Part shown: positions 19,640 to 27,520 of the stretch, piece by piece
Layout: each line of letters begins with the position of its first letter
Position numbering within the stretch: position 1 is the stretch's first letter
Source: a virus
Lineage: Duplodnaviria > Caudoviricetes
Virus record (IMG/VR): IMGVR_UViG_3300032216_002044
Span: 1-30,522 of that record
Length of the DNA stretch: 30,522 bases
Strand: one strand, 5' to 3'
Position numbers and translations under genes: made by a program
Notes under the pieces: model-generated
What the model saw: only the letters and a program-made list of their open reading frames with translations
Told to the model about the DNA's origin: nothing
Database searches by the model: none

Positions 19640-19933
19640 CTATTGTTTAATACCAGGTAAAACACCCATCATGATAGGTGCTTGACCAGACATACCATCA
19701 GAGAAGAAACCAACAATCCAATCTCCGACCATTGGTGCAGAAAATGTTTTTGAATTGTTGATGGGATACATTGGTTGAGCCCAAGGCAAATCACTTGTAG
19801 GTAATTCTTGTGTATTATCTGTGTGCCATCCAAAAATACGTATTTGGCAACGTCCTAAACCTAAAGGGTCAGCACGATTTTCAATGACACCCATAAACCA
19901 AATAAATCCGTCTTTTCCTAAAAAATTTTCCAT
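19640..19933 (-). CDS. gp5: gp5 N-terminal OB-fold domain as a stand-alone ORF
   Basis: 97 aa: FIWFMGVIENRADPLGLGRCQIRIFGWH...LPWA...VGDWIVGFF.DG...Q.PIMMG.LPG; ends TAG GAA TAA. Confidence 0.9.
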   Translation of the reverse strand: MENFLGKDGFIWFMGVIENRADPLGLGRCQIRIFGWHTDNTQELPTSDLPWAQPMYPINNSKTFSAPMVGDWIVGFFSDGMSGQAPIMMGVLPGIKQ

Positions 19934-21315
19934 TATTCAGTTACCACTTTTTTCCAATCTGAACTTGAACTATTAACTTGATTATATTTTATTGGTGTAC
20001 TATCTTTAGCAATTTCTAAAACAGTTTGATATATTCCTTCAGATTGCAAAACATGCCTAACGGCAGTCACCAAATATTTACCAGAATAAAATTTATCCAG
20101 TTCTTTAACTTTATTTGTTGGTTTTAAAGAAGGTAAATCAAAATTAATAGTTCTACCTACAGTAATACCAGGATCACCAGGTATTACTATCTTCACTACT
20201 ATATAGTTTGCCAAGGATATTTGTGCTGTTCTTAATGGCACATAATTCTCAATAGCAATATCTTTAGCAACCGAGCCTGGAATTTGATTTATATAATCTA
20301 CTTGTTTTTGACCAGAATTTGATGTTGCAAGTTTGAGCTTTGAATCGTATGCTTGATTTTGTGTAATACCTAACCTATTTTTGACCGGTGATAAAACACT
20401 AGAATTATCTAAACTTGATATTTGAGGGTTGCTTATATACTTTGAGTAATCAAAATTGGTAACAGTCGATGTTCTAGCAATAGGGTCAATTGATATTAAA
20501 CGATTGGCATATGTACCAGAGTTAATATCATGTAACATATCATATGTTTTTATGAATTCATAATTTAAAACGCTAATTGCTTTTTCTTGAAACGATTGCA
20601 CATTATCAGGTAAATTTGTTTGTTGATATTTGTATGTTGCATATATTGGGTCTTTTAACATGGATTGTATTGACCTAAAATTGAAACCATTTTTTGTTTC
20701 AAAAAACAACATATCAGCACCAATCGTACCAGTAACATTAGGTCTTGCATAAGTAGAAATCCAACTAATAGCTTCAAATGGTTTATACTTAGGTATTATA
20801 AAATTGTATACACCTGTTGTTTTTTCAATATATACATTTTTTGTTTTATTATTAACTTTTAAATAATCGGTGACAATACGTTTTACGATATTTGAAATTT
20901 CTGTGTTATACGATTTGCTAATTTTAATTTGTTCTGACAACATCAATTCTTCTGAACAAAAATATAATGTATAATATTCGGTACTCATGTTTGTAGAAGC
21001 TGTTCTAGGTCCTACTTTGTATATTCTAAACACTTGGTCAGTAGAATTTGAAGCATCTTTTACTTTACCAAAATTTACTTCTATGAATTCATTACCTGTT
21101 AATTGCAACGATTCAATAAATCCTTGAGAATCTTTTAATGTAACATATCCAGAAATGGCAAATGAATACAAATCTTCATAATACGACAATTCAACCATAA
21201 GTTTTCTCATTTCAAACCTTTGGCCTGCCGCTGTTAATATATTGAGTGTTTTTAGTGAGTAGTCCTGTGGGTAATAAGCACCAGCACCATCAACTAAATT
21301 GAATGTATCTGCCAT
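19933..21315 (-). CDS. Baseplate hub protein (gp27-like tail protein)
   Basis: 460 aa between gp53 and gp5; YEDLY....SG, LQLTGNE, P.YKPFEAI, FFET..GFNFRSI, PGDPGITVG, SGKYLVTAVRH motifs typical of contractile-tail hub proteins. Confidence 0.72.
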   Translation of the reverse strand: MADTFNLVDGAGAYYPQDYSLKTLNILTAAGQRFEMRKLMVELSYYEDLYSFAISGYVTLKDSQGFIESLQLTGNEFIEVNFGKVKDASNSTDQVFRIYKVGPRTASTNMSTEYYTLYFCSEELMLSEQIKISKSYNTEISNIVKRIVTDYLKVNNKTKNVYIEKTTGVYNFIIPKYKPFEAISWISTYARPNVTGTIGADMLFFETKNGFNFRSIQSMLKDPIYATYKYQQTNLPDNVQSFQEKAISVLNYEFIKTYDMLHDINSGTYANRLISIDPIARTSTVTNFDYSKYISNPQISSLDNSSVLSPVKNRLGITQNQAYDSKLKLATSNSGQKQVDYINQIPGSVAKDIAIENYVPLRTAQISLANYIVVKIVIPGDPGITVGRTINFDLPSLKPTNKVKELDKFYSGKYLVTAVRHVLQSEGIYQTVLEIAKDSTPIKYNQVNSSSSDWKKVVTE

Positions 21316-21316
21316 A

Positions 21317-21916
21317 TTATTGGATCATTAATGTTTTTAATTCTTTTTCAAGTTCGTTCACATAACCAGAATTTATAATTTTAATATTTCTATTATTTTC
21401 GTTTTGTTGTAATTCATATTGGTAAATGGTCAATTGATTTTTTGAAATTTTTACTGTTACACTACCTGATGGTAATGTATAACTATTTGTTGTAGGTATA
21501 AGTAAATTATATGCGTCTTGTGAAATATTAACTGTATTAACCGTTGTTGTGTTTGTAATATTATCGGTCTGTGTAATTATTTTTTGGTACGAATGTATTG
21601 TATTATTAACATCTGTGGTCGGATATTTTGCTTGAATGTAGTCATCAAATAAACTACCAAACATTGGCCATTGCCATTGTGCGTCAATAATTTGATTTGC
21701 AAATAAAATTATCCAATATCTATAAACATCACCATAATATTTGTGAGCAATTATTTCAGGTGTATCTCCTTCTTGTATATCGTAAGTATAATATACAGCA
21801 GGATTATCTAAAAAACTACTCATAACACTTGCTCTTGCTAAAATATTAGTTAAAGCAATAGCATTACCTGTTTTATCGATTTTTACTATTTTTGGTAAGG
21901 TATTAAAATATTGCAT
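21317..21916 (-). CDS. gp53: Baseplate wedge subunit gp53 (LysM-like)
   Basis: YFNTLP start, YDIQEGDTPEIIAHKYYG...YWIILFAN...QWP, YE...NE..RNIKII. Confidence 0.92.
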   Translation of the reverse strand: MQYFNTLPKIVKIDKTGNAIALTNILARASVMSSFLDNPAVYYTYDIQEGDTPEIIAHKYYGDVYRYWIILFANQIIDAQWQWPMFGSLFDDYIQAKYPTTDVNNTIHSYQKIITQTDNITNTTTVNTVNISQDAYNLLIPTTNSYTLPSGSVTVKISKNQLTIYQYELQQNENNRNIKIINSGYVNELEKELKTLMIQ

Positions 21917-21918
21917 GT

Positions 21919-22956
21919 TTAATATCCATTTTGAATTTGAGTACTATCGACAAGTGTGAGTTCTTTAAATGTCAATGATAGCGTTGTTTGAACTGGAGCA
22001 CCATCGTCATGTGATGACCAACCTTGAGGTGCATAATTTACGTCAATATTCGTAATTACACTATCTTTGATTCTATTGAGGTGAGTATTTTCAGCACCAT
22101 TGAATAAAAATTTAATACCAAATGAAGCAGGCGGTACAAAGAACATACCACCGGCTCCTGTTTCAATATGTGGTGCTGCATTTTTTCTAAATGATTGAAT
22201 AATTTTTTCTACCATTTTTGCTTCTTCTTTTGAATACGGAGTAAAAGTAAAATTCATAGAAAATTCACGGAAACCAATGCCTTGAAATAATACTTGTAAT
22301 TGTGGATTAACTGCATAACCTGCTTTTTGTAATCCTAATTGTGCAATTGGTCCAGCAGTTTCAATAGCAGAAGTAATAGCTTGACCTATTTTACCCATAC
22401 CTTTTCCTGGAACTAATTTATCTATTGCAGCACCAACGGTAGAACCAAGTGCACCGACTGCGCTTACTGAATCATCATAAGATACAGGATACTGAAAATC
22501 TAATGTATCTGGCATGTACAATGATATTTGGCCAATAGGCTTATTTCTTTTAGGTTGAAAATTTAAACCTTGTGATTCAAATTTAACTTGAGAACCTGGC
22601 AAATTTGAAATACTATCTACTAAATCATTAAACTTTGAAACAACACCAGAAGTAATATCAGATATTGCAGATTCAAAATTAAAATTTTCTATAGCATTTC
22701 CAGCTTGTTTCCAAGCATCTTTTGCTTCTTGTTTTGTTGGTATTTTTAAATTTGATAATGTTTCATATCCTACTGGAGTTACTTCATAGATTGTAAATTG
22801 CACAACGTGACCTTTTGTTGATGAATTTAAATCTCTTGGATAGTATAATGTATCGGTTTTAAAAGGATTTGAATATAATAAACCTAATGGTCCGTTACTA
22901 GTAATACCAGGAACAGATATTCCAGCGATTGAAGTGGGAATAGAAATTATAGGCAT
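21919..22956 (-). CDS. gp48: Baseplate tail-tube cap gp48
   Basis: YP.DL, ISLYMP, AVNPQLQVLFQGIGFREFSMNFTFTP.S..E, VNYAP, GAPVQTTLSLTFKE motifs. Confidence 0.88.
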   Translation of the reverse strand: MPIISIPTSIAGISVPGITSNGPLGLLYSNPFKTDTLYYPRDLNSSTKGHVVQFTIYEVTPVGYETLSNLKIPTKQEAKDAWKQAGNAIENFNFESAISDITSGVVSKFNDLVDSISNLPGSQVKFESQGLNFQPKRNKPIGQISLYMPDTLDFQYPVSYDDSVSAVGALGSTVGAAIDKLVPGKGMGKIGQAITSAIETAGPIAQLGLQKAGYAVNPQLQVLFQGIGFREFSMNFTFTPYSKEEAKMVEKIIQSFRKNAAPHIETGAGGMFFVPPASFGIKFLFNGAENTHLNRIKDSVITNIDVNYAPQGWSSHDDGAPVQTTLSLTFKELTLVDSTQIQNGY

Positions 22957-22976
22957 TATACTCTCTTAAAAATTGA

Positions 22977-22984
22977 TATACATA
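22977..22984 (+). promoter_or_regulatory. Possible variant late promoter TATACATA for gp4
   Basis: 7/8 match to TATAAATA, 8 nt upstream of the gp4 ATG, which has no SD. Confidence 0.45.
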
Positions 22985-22985
22985 G

Positions 22986-22993
22986 TATTTATA
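22986..22993 (-). promoter_or_regulatory. Consensus T4 late promoter TATAAATA driving the gp48-gp53-gp5 block
   Basis: Plus-strand tatttata at 22986-22993 in the divergent gp48/gp4 gap. Confidence 0.8.
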
Positions 22994-23430
22994 TGGCATA
23001 TTCAGGATACTTTAAACCTCGTAATCCACACAAATATATTGGTGATTCGACCAATATAGTATATCGCTCGTCTTGGGAAGTCAAAGTCATGTCATGGCTT
23101 GACCTAAATGACGATATTATATCATGGGCTTCAGAAGAACTCATTGTTCCTTATAAATCACCTGTTGATGGTAAATGGCATCGTTATTTTCCAGATTTTC
23201 TTGTTAAAATGAGAACTAAAGACGGAAAACTCAAAACGATGATGCTTGAAGTTAAACCAAAGAAAGAAACTGCACCTCCACCACCACAAAAACGTATTAC
23301 AGAAAACTATATCAAAGCAGTCAAAACATGGGGTGTCAATGAAGCCAAATGGAAAGCGGCCATTGAATTCTGTAAAGACCGAGCATGGGAGTTCCGTGTC
23401 ATTACCGAAGACCATCTAGGACTGAACTAA
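22993..23430 (+). CDS. gp4: Head completion protein gp4 (TnsA-like nuclease fold)
   Basis: YSG.FKP.NP.KY.GD..NIVYRSSWE, WASEE..VPY, HRYFPDF, EVKP, NEAKWKAA..FC, ITED motifs. Confidence 0.95.
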   Translation: MAYSGYFKPRNPHKYIGDSTNIVYRSSWEVKVMSWLDLNDDIISWASEELIVPYKSPVDGKWHRYFPDFLVKMRTKDGKLKTMMLEVKPKKETAPPPPQKRITENYIKAVKTWGVNEAKWKAAIEFCKDRAWEFRVITEDHLGLN

Positions 23431-23433
23431 ATA
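23426..23433 (+). promoter_or_regulatory. Late promoter variant ACTAAATA upstream of gp2
   Basis: Overlaps the gp4 stop; ACTAAATA-ctctc-ATG(23439). Confidence 0.55.
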
Positions 23434-23438
23434 CTCTC

Positions 23439-24038
23439 ATGGCAACTTCAATACTCACTAAACTAGGACAAGAACGGTCAACAACCGATTATGCAGTTAT
23501 GTCCAGAGAGTCAATGAAGTGGTTAAAAGAAAAGATTGATGAAATTAGAAATCCTTCTTATATACCAAAAAATATTAGCCGTGAAGCATTCCGTACTGAT
23601 AGAAAATTCATGTTGGGTAGACTATATTGCTTTTTTTATGACCCAAAAACTAAAGAAGATTTACCATATTATGATAAGTTCCCAATGGTATTGGCATTGG
23701 AGAAGTATCCAGATGGCTTTTTAGGCTTAAATTTACATTATTTACCATATAAGTATAGAGTGGCATTTTTGACCAAACTCTTGGATTATGCGACTTTAGA
23801 CCAGAATAATGATGTTATGCGTATTAGAGTGTCCTATGACATCCTGAGCGCATCCAAGCGGTTTAGAGAGTTTAGACCGTGTTTAAAGCGTTACTTAACC
23901 AGTCATATTAGGTCAAAAATACTTGCCATTGAGCCACATGAGTTTGAAGTGGCAAGTTTTCTGCCATTACAACAATTTAAAGGTGCCAAACCAAAAGAGA
24001 TTTGGGAAGAATCCGTAGAACAAATAAGGAATAGTTAA
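23439..24038 (+). CDS. gp2: DNA end protector protein gp2
   Basis: GRLY.FFYDPKTK..LPYYD.FP, GFLGLNLHYLP, CLKRYL..H motifs. Start revised from 23385 to 23439 (MATSILTKL) to remove the 46-nt overlap with gp4. Confidence 0.92.
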   Translation: MATSILTKLGQERSTTDYAVMSRESMKWLKEKIDEIRNPSYIPKNISREAFRTDRKFMLGRLYCFFYDPKTKEDLPYYDKFPMVLALEKYPDGFLGLNLHYLPYKYRVAFLTKLLDYATLDQNNDVMRIRVSYDILSASKRFREFRPCLKRYLTSHIRSKILAIEPHEFEVASFLPLQQFKGAKPKEIWEESVEQIRNS

Positions 24039-24039
24039 A

Positions 24040-24633
24040 ATGGCAGGTTCAATTAGCGATTTTAAATCAAGTTTTGAAACAGAATTGGCAAGAAGTAGTA
24101 GGTTTGATGTTAATATTCCTATTCCACTTTCTATGTTGCCTTATGTTTCTTCAGCAAAAAGTTTAACTTACAGGTGTGAATCGGCACAATTACCTGGTAG
24201 AACATTTGCTACAGCAGAACAAAAAACATATGGTCCTATTGAAAAGTATCCTTATCTGACATCATTTACTGATATTGATTTAACAATTCTGATAGATGAT
24301 GATATGAACCAAAAAGTATTATTTGATGCTTGGTTGAATTATATCAATCCACAATACAATAATAACTTTAGATATAAAGGTGATTATGCAACAATTCTTA
24401 CTGTTAATCAATATGATGTAACTAATAAATTATCATATTCAGTTAATCTTTATGATGCTTATCCTATATCAATAAATCAAATGGATTTAAATTGGTCAGA
24501 TGAAAGTGTGCATAAACTTGTAGTAACATTTGCATATACATATTGGCAGAATAATTCATTACAGGCTGCTGGTATGCAATTGGTTGATGCTGGTATCAAT
24601 TCATTTGTATCAGCGATTGGTGGACTAAATTAA
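24040..24633 (+). CDS. gp54: Tail tube initiator gp54 / gp19-fold protein
   Basis: LAR..RF.V, CESAQLPGRT, YGP, FDAW, L.DAYPISI..MDLNW, L.VTFAY..W motifs; AAGGA SD. Confidence 0.75.
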   Translation: MAGSISDFKSSFETELARSSRFDVNIPIPLSMLPYVSSAKSLTYRCESAQLPGRTFATAEQKTYGPIEKYPYLTSFTDIDLTILIDDDMNQKVLFDAWLNYINPQYNNNFRYKGDYATILTVNQYDVTNKLSYSVNLYDAYPISINQMDLNWSDESVHKLVVTFAYTYWQNNSLQAAGMQLVDAGINSFVSAIGGLN

Positions 24634-24656
24634 TTTTTTAATGGAGTGAAAATAAA

Positions 24657-25382
24657 ATGGCTTTACCTAAGATTGACGTACCTACTTATTTGATTGATTT
24701 ACCTGTATCAAAAAAACAAATAAAATATAGACCTTTTCTTGTTAAAGAGCAAAGAAATTTGTTGATGGCAATGGAATCGAGTGATTCTTCAACAATACAA
24801 CAAAGTGTTAGAGATATTTTACATAATTGTACTTTGACTGAAGGTATTGATATTGAGAAGTTACCTATTATTGATGTTGAATATTACTTTATTAACCTAA
24901 GAGCAAAATCGGTTGGTGAAATTGTTGAATCTCGGTACAAATGCAATAACGAAGTTGATGGTGAAGAATGTGGTAACATTATGGAATCTGAAATTAATTT
25001 ATTAGATATTAAAGTTGAATCCAATAATGAAATATCACCTGAAATTCAATTAGATTCTAAACTAACCATCAAATTAAAATATCCAGAGTTTAGTATTGTT
25101 GAAGATTCTTTGAAGTATGATAACATCAATGAAGTAACTTTTAATATGATTGCACAGAGTATTGAATATATCTATGATGGTGAACAATTTTATTATGCTA
25201 GTGAATCAACACCAAAAGAATTGTTGGATTTTGTTGAAGGTATGAACCAAGAACAGTTTGCCAAAGTAGAAGAATTTTTTAATAACTTACCAAAATTAAA
25301 AGAAACATTAGATATTACCTGTAAAAAATGTGGTTACCAACACCACATTGATGTAGAAGGACTTGAAAGTTTTTTCGTTTAA
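24657..25382 (+). CDS. gp26: Baseplate hub assembly protein gp26
   Basis: MALPKIDVPTY...LP, YRPFLVKE, D.EY.FINLRAKSVGE, C-terminal CKKCG...EGLESFF; GGAG SD. Confidence 0.93.
   Translation: MALPKIDVPTYLIDLPVSKKQIKYRPFLVKEQRNLLMAMESSDSSTIQQSVRDILHNCTLTEGIDIEKLPIIDVEYYFINLRAKSVGEIVESRYKCNNEVDGEECGNIMESEINLLDIKVESNNEISPEIQLDSKLTIKLKYPEFSIVEDSLKYDNINEVTFNMIAQSIEYIYDGEQFYYASESTPKELLDFVEGMNQEQFAKVEEFFNNLPKLKETLDITCKKCGYQHHIDVEGLESFFV
25370..25376 (+). other. Candidate -1 programmed frameshift slippery heptamer T TTT TTC
   Basis: X XXY YYZ pattern in the gp26 reading frame, one sense codon before its stop; the -1 frame is open into the gp51-like sequence. Confidence 0.7.
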
Positions 25383-25564
25383 TATTTCGTCATGACAATT
25401 TAAAGAATTACTATAAAACAAACTTTTCATTGATGCAGCACCACAAATATAGTTTGTTTGAACTTGAAAATATGATGCCGTGGGAAAGAGATATCTACGT
25501 TTCTATGTTGATTGCTTATATTGAAGAAGAAAATCAAAAGATAAAAGAGAAACAAAAACGATAG
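25376..25564 (+). CDS. gp51: gp51-like baseplate hub assembly catalyst (absent from ORF track), probably the -1 frameshift extension of gp26
   Basis: Hand translation RLIFRHDNLKNYYKTNFSLMQHHKYSLFELENMMPWERDIYVSMLIAYIEEENQKIKEKQKR*; NF.LMQHHKYSL.ELENM.PWER is the gp51-like signature. First in-frame ATG is at 25433, inside the conserved region. Confidence 0.85.
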   Translation, partial: RLIFRHDNLKNYYKTNFSLMQHHKYSLFELENMMPWERDIYVSMLIAYIEEENQKIKEKQKR

Positions 25565-27520
25565 ATGTCGATTTCAAAAGCACTCTCTAAAACAGTTTCC
25601 GCTATTACCGGTTTTGCCGGTAATTTAACTCGTGCGTTATTTGGATTAGGTCCAGGTAATCAAAGAACTCCTAATAAAAATACTAAAGGTGATGTACAAC
25701 ACACAGAGCCTATTGATAGTGGTGCATTATCATCTGCAAATCAAGTAATGGGAATGATTTATGGCCAGTTAGTGAAAGCTAGACAAGCAGAGTTACTTTA
25801 CAGAGAAGAATTACAAAATAAAGCCGAAGATAAAAAACGTGATGATGAAAAACGTAATGATGAAATCATTAAAGCTTTAACGATTAAAATAAAACCCACA
25901 AAAAAATTGCAGGTAAAAAATAAACTAACCACACCTAAACCTAAAGTTCAATCAACCACACCTAAAGTCGAACCAACCACACCTAAAGTCGAACCAACCA
26001 CACCTAAAGTCGAACCAACCACACCTAAAGTCGAACCAACCACACCTAAAATTGAACCAACCACACCTAAAGTTCAGCCAACTAAACCTAAAATTGAGAA
26101 AGTAACTCCCAAAACAACCATCAAAGAACCTTCTAAACAACCAGAAAAAATAAATGCAACACCAAATATCTCTAGCGTTAAACCTTCTGTTGGTGGTGCA
26201 GTATTGGCAGGAGCTGCAGGAATCATTGGGGCTATAGTATCACACGAAAGTTATGGTGGAAATGTAAATGCATATAATTATAATATTTCAGGTAAAAAAT
26301 ATGGTGGAGGAAAAGATAGACCAAATGATAAATTAAAACCTGGTAAAAATATTTCCGAAATGACCGTAGGAGAAATCAAAGAAGAACAAGCAAAACGTAA
26401 TTTATTTGCTGTGGGAAAATGGCAAATGATTCCAAGTACTTTCAATGATGGTGTAAAATATGTAGGATTAAAAGATACAGATTTGTTTGATGAAGCAAAT
26501 CAAAATAAAATGTGGGATTATTTTACACATAAAAAAAGACCAAAAATAGGAATGTACTTGGAAGGTAAAGGTAATATCAGTAAAGATGAAGCAGTAACAG
26601 AAATAGCAAAAGAATGGGCATCTGTTGGTGTTCCGCATGATATGCAAGGCGCTCAACAATTTGTAACAAAAGGACAAAGTTACTATGCAGGTGATGGAAT
26701 TAATAGAGCTCATACATCACCTGATTTGGTTGCAAATATGCTGGACCAATCTAAAAGTAACAAATCAAATACTAATTCAGCTTCCAAAATAGAATCTCCT
26801 CAAATAATTCCTTCTTCTGGTCCATCTGGTGTAAATCAAATAACAGATAAAATATATGCCTTAGGTGATAGTCATGCCGCATTGATTGCCGGTAATAGTG
26901 GCAAATCTTTTGTTAATATGGCAATACCAGGATCTCGTTCTAACGATTCAAGGCATTTGGAGAATATAAAAAAAGTACCTGATGGTAGTACCGTAATATT
27001 ATCTTTGGGTCATAATGATGGTGGAGTTGATCCCGAAAAAACTATTCAAAATATAAAAAAGATTATTGAAATTGCTAAAAAGAAAAACATCAAGGTTAAT
27101 TTTGTGGGATTCCCATTATCCGATAAAGCTAACTTACAACTACATAATAAAATTCAGCCAATCATATTACAAGGAATTTCACAATCAATACAATCTACGG
27201 GAGGTTCAATATTTCAAGTAGGTACTATAAAAATAGGTTCCACCGCTGACGCTGAGGGCATACACGCAAAAGGTGATAGATATAAGGAATTGGGTAAAGA
27301 AATTATAAATGGAAAACCAAAAGCGGAAGTTCAAATATTACAGTTAAATAGTGATGCTGTAGAACAATCATCGAAAGAAAATATAAACTTAAAATCATCT
27401 ATGAATAATCAATCACAAACTAATGTAAATAATACTATTGTTACACCAACGAGTGATGACCAAACCCCATCAACACCAAAAAAGAAAATAGATGATAGAC
27501 CAGCTATAATGAGAAAATAA
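25565..27520 (+). CDS. Tail/baseplate hub protein in the tape-measure position with lysozyme-like and SGNH-hydrolase-like domains
   Basis: Coiled-coil N-terminus, PKVEPTT linker, HES...AYN...AVGKWQMIPST...F.EANQ...EWAS (lysozyme-like), then GDSH...PGS...LGHND...EGIH (SGNH blocks I, II, III, V). Confidence 0.7.
   Translation: MSISKALSKTVSAITGFAGNLTRALFGLGPGNQRTPNKNTKGDVQHTEPIDSGALSSANQVMGMIYGQLVKARQAELLYREELQNKAEDKKRDDEKRNDEIIKALTIKIKPTKKLQVKNKLTTPKPKVQSTTPKVEPTTPKVEPTTPKVEPTTPKVEPTTPKIEPTTPKVQPTKPKIEKVTPKTTIKEPSKQPEKINATPNISSVKPSVGGAVLAGAAGIIGAIVSHESYGGNVNAYNYNISGKKYGGGKDRPNDKLKPGKNISEMTVGEIKEEQAKRNLFAVGKWQMIPSTFNDGVKYVGLKDTDLFDEANQNKMWDYFTHKKRPKIGMYLEGKGNISKDEAVTEIAKEWASVGVPHDMQGAQQFVTKGQSYYAGDGINRAHTSPDLVANMLDQSKSNKSNTNSASKIESPQIIPSSGPSGVNQITDKIYALGDSHAALIAGNSGKSFVNMAIPGSRSNDSRHLENIKKVPDGSTVILSLGHNDGGVDPEKTIQNIKKIIEIAKKKNIKVNFVGFPLSDKANLQLHNKIQPIILQGISQSIQSTGGSIFQVGTIKIGSTADAEGIHAKGDRYKELGKEIINGKPKAEVQILQLNSDAVEQSSKENINLKSSMNNQSQTNVNNTIVTPTSDDQTPSTPKKKIDDRPAIMRK
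25940..26107 (+). repeat. 21-nt coding tandem repeat (PKVEPTT), 8 units
   Basis: Four identical cctaaagtcgaaccaaccaca units at 25961-26044, flanked by degenerate units. Confidence 0.95.

Noticed and set aside
18945-19642. Intron, intein or amber readthrough rejoining gp5
   Set aside because: TAG is followed in frame by GAA TAA, the next ORF is in another frame with its own SD, and no group I structure or intein termini are visible.
22993-23430. TnsA transposase or mobile element
   Set aside because: Motifs and position between gp48 and gp2 match T4 gp4; no transposon ends or partner genes are present.
23385-23438. Longer gp2 start at 23385
   Set aside because: It overlaps gp4 by 46 nt and adds an atypical peptide; ATG 23439 follows a late-promoter-like motif.
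14787-24633. Bacterial contractile injection system (T6SS, eCIS or tailocin)
   Set aside because: gp2, gp4, gp32 and T4 late promoters indicate a genuine T4-like phage genome.
25940-26107. CRISPR-like array
   Set aside because: The units are head-to-tail with no spacers and lie in frame within a CDS.
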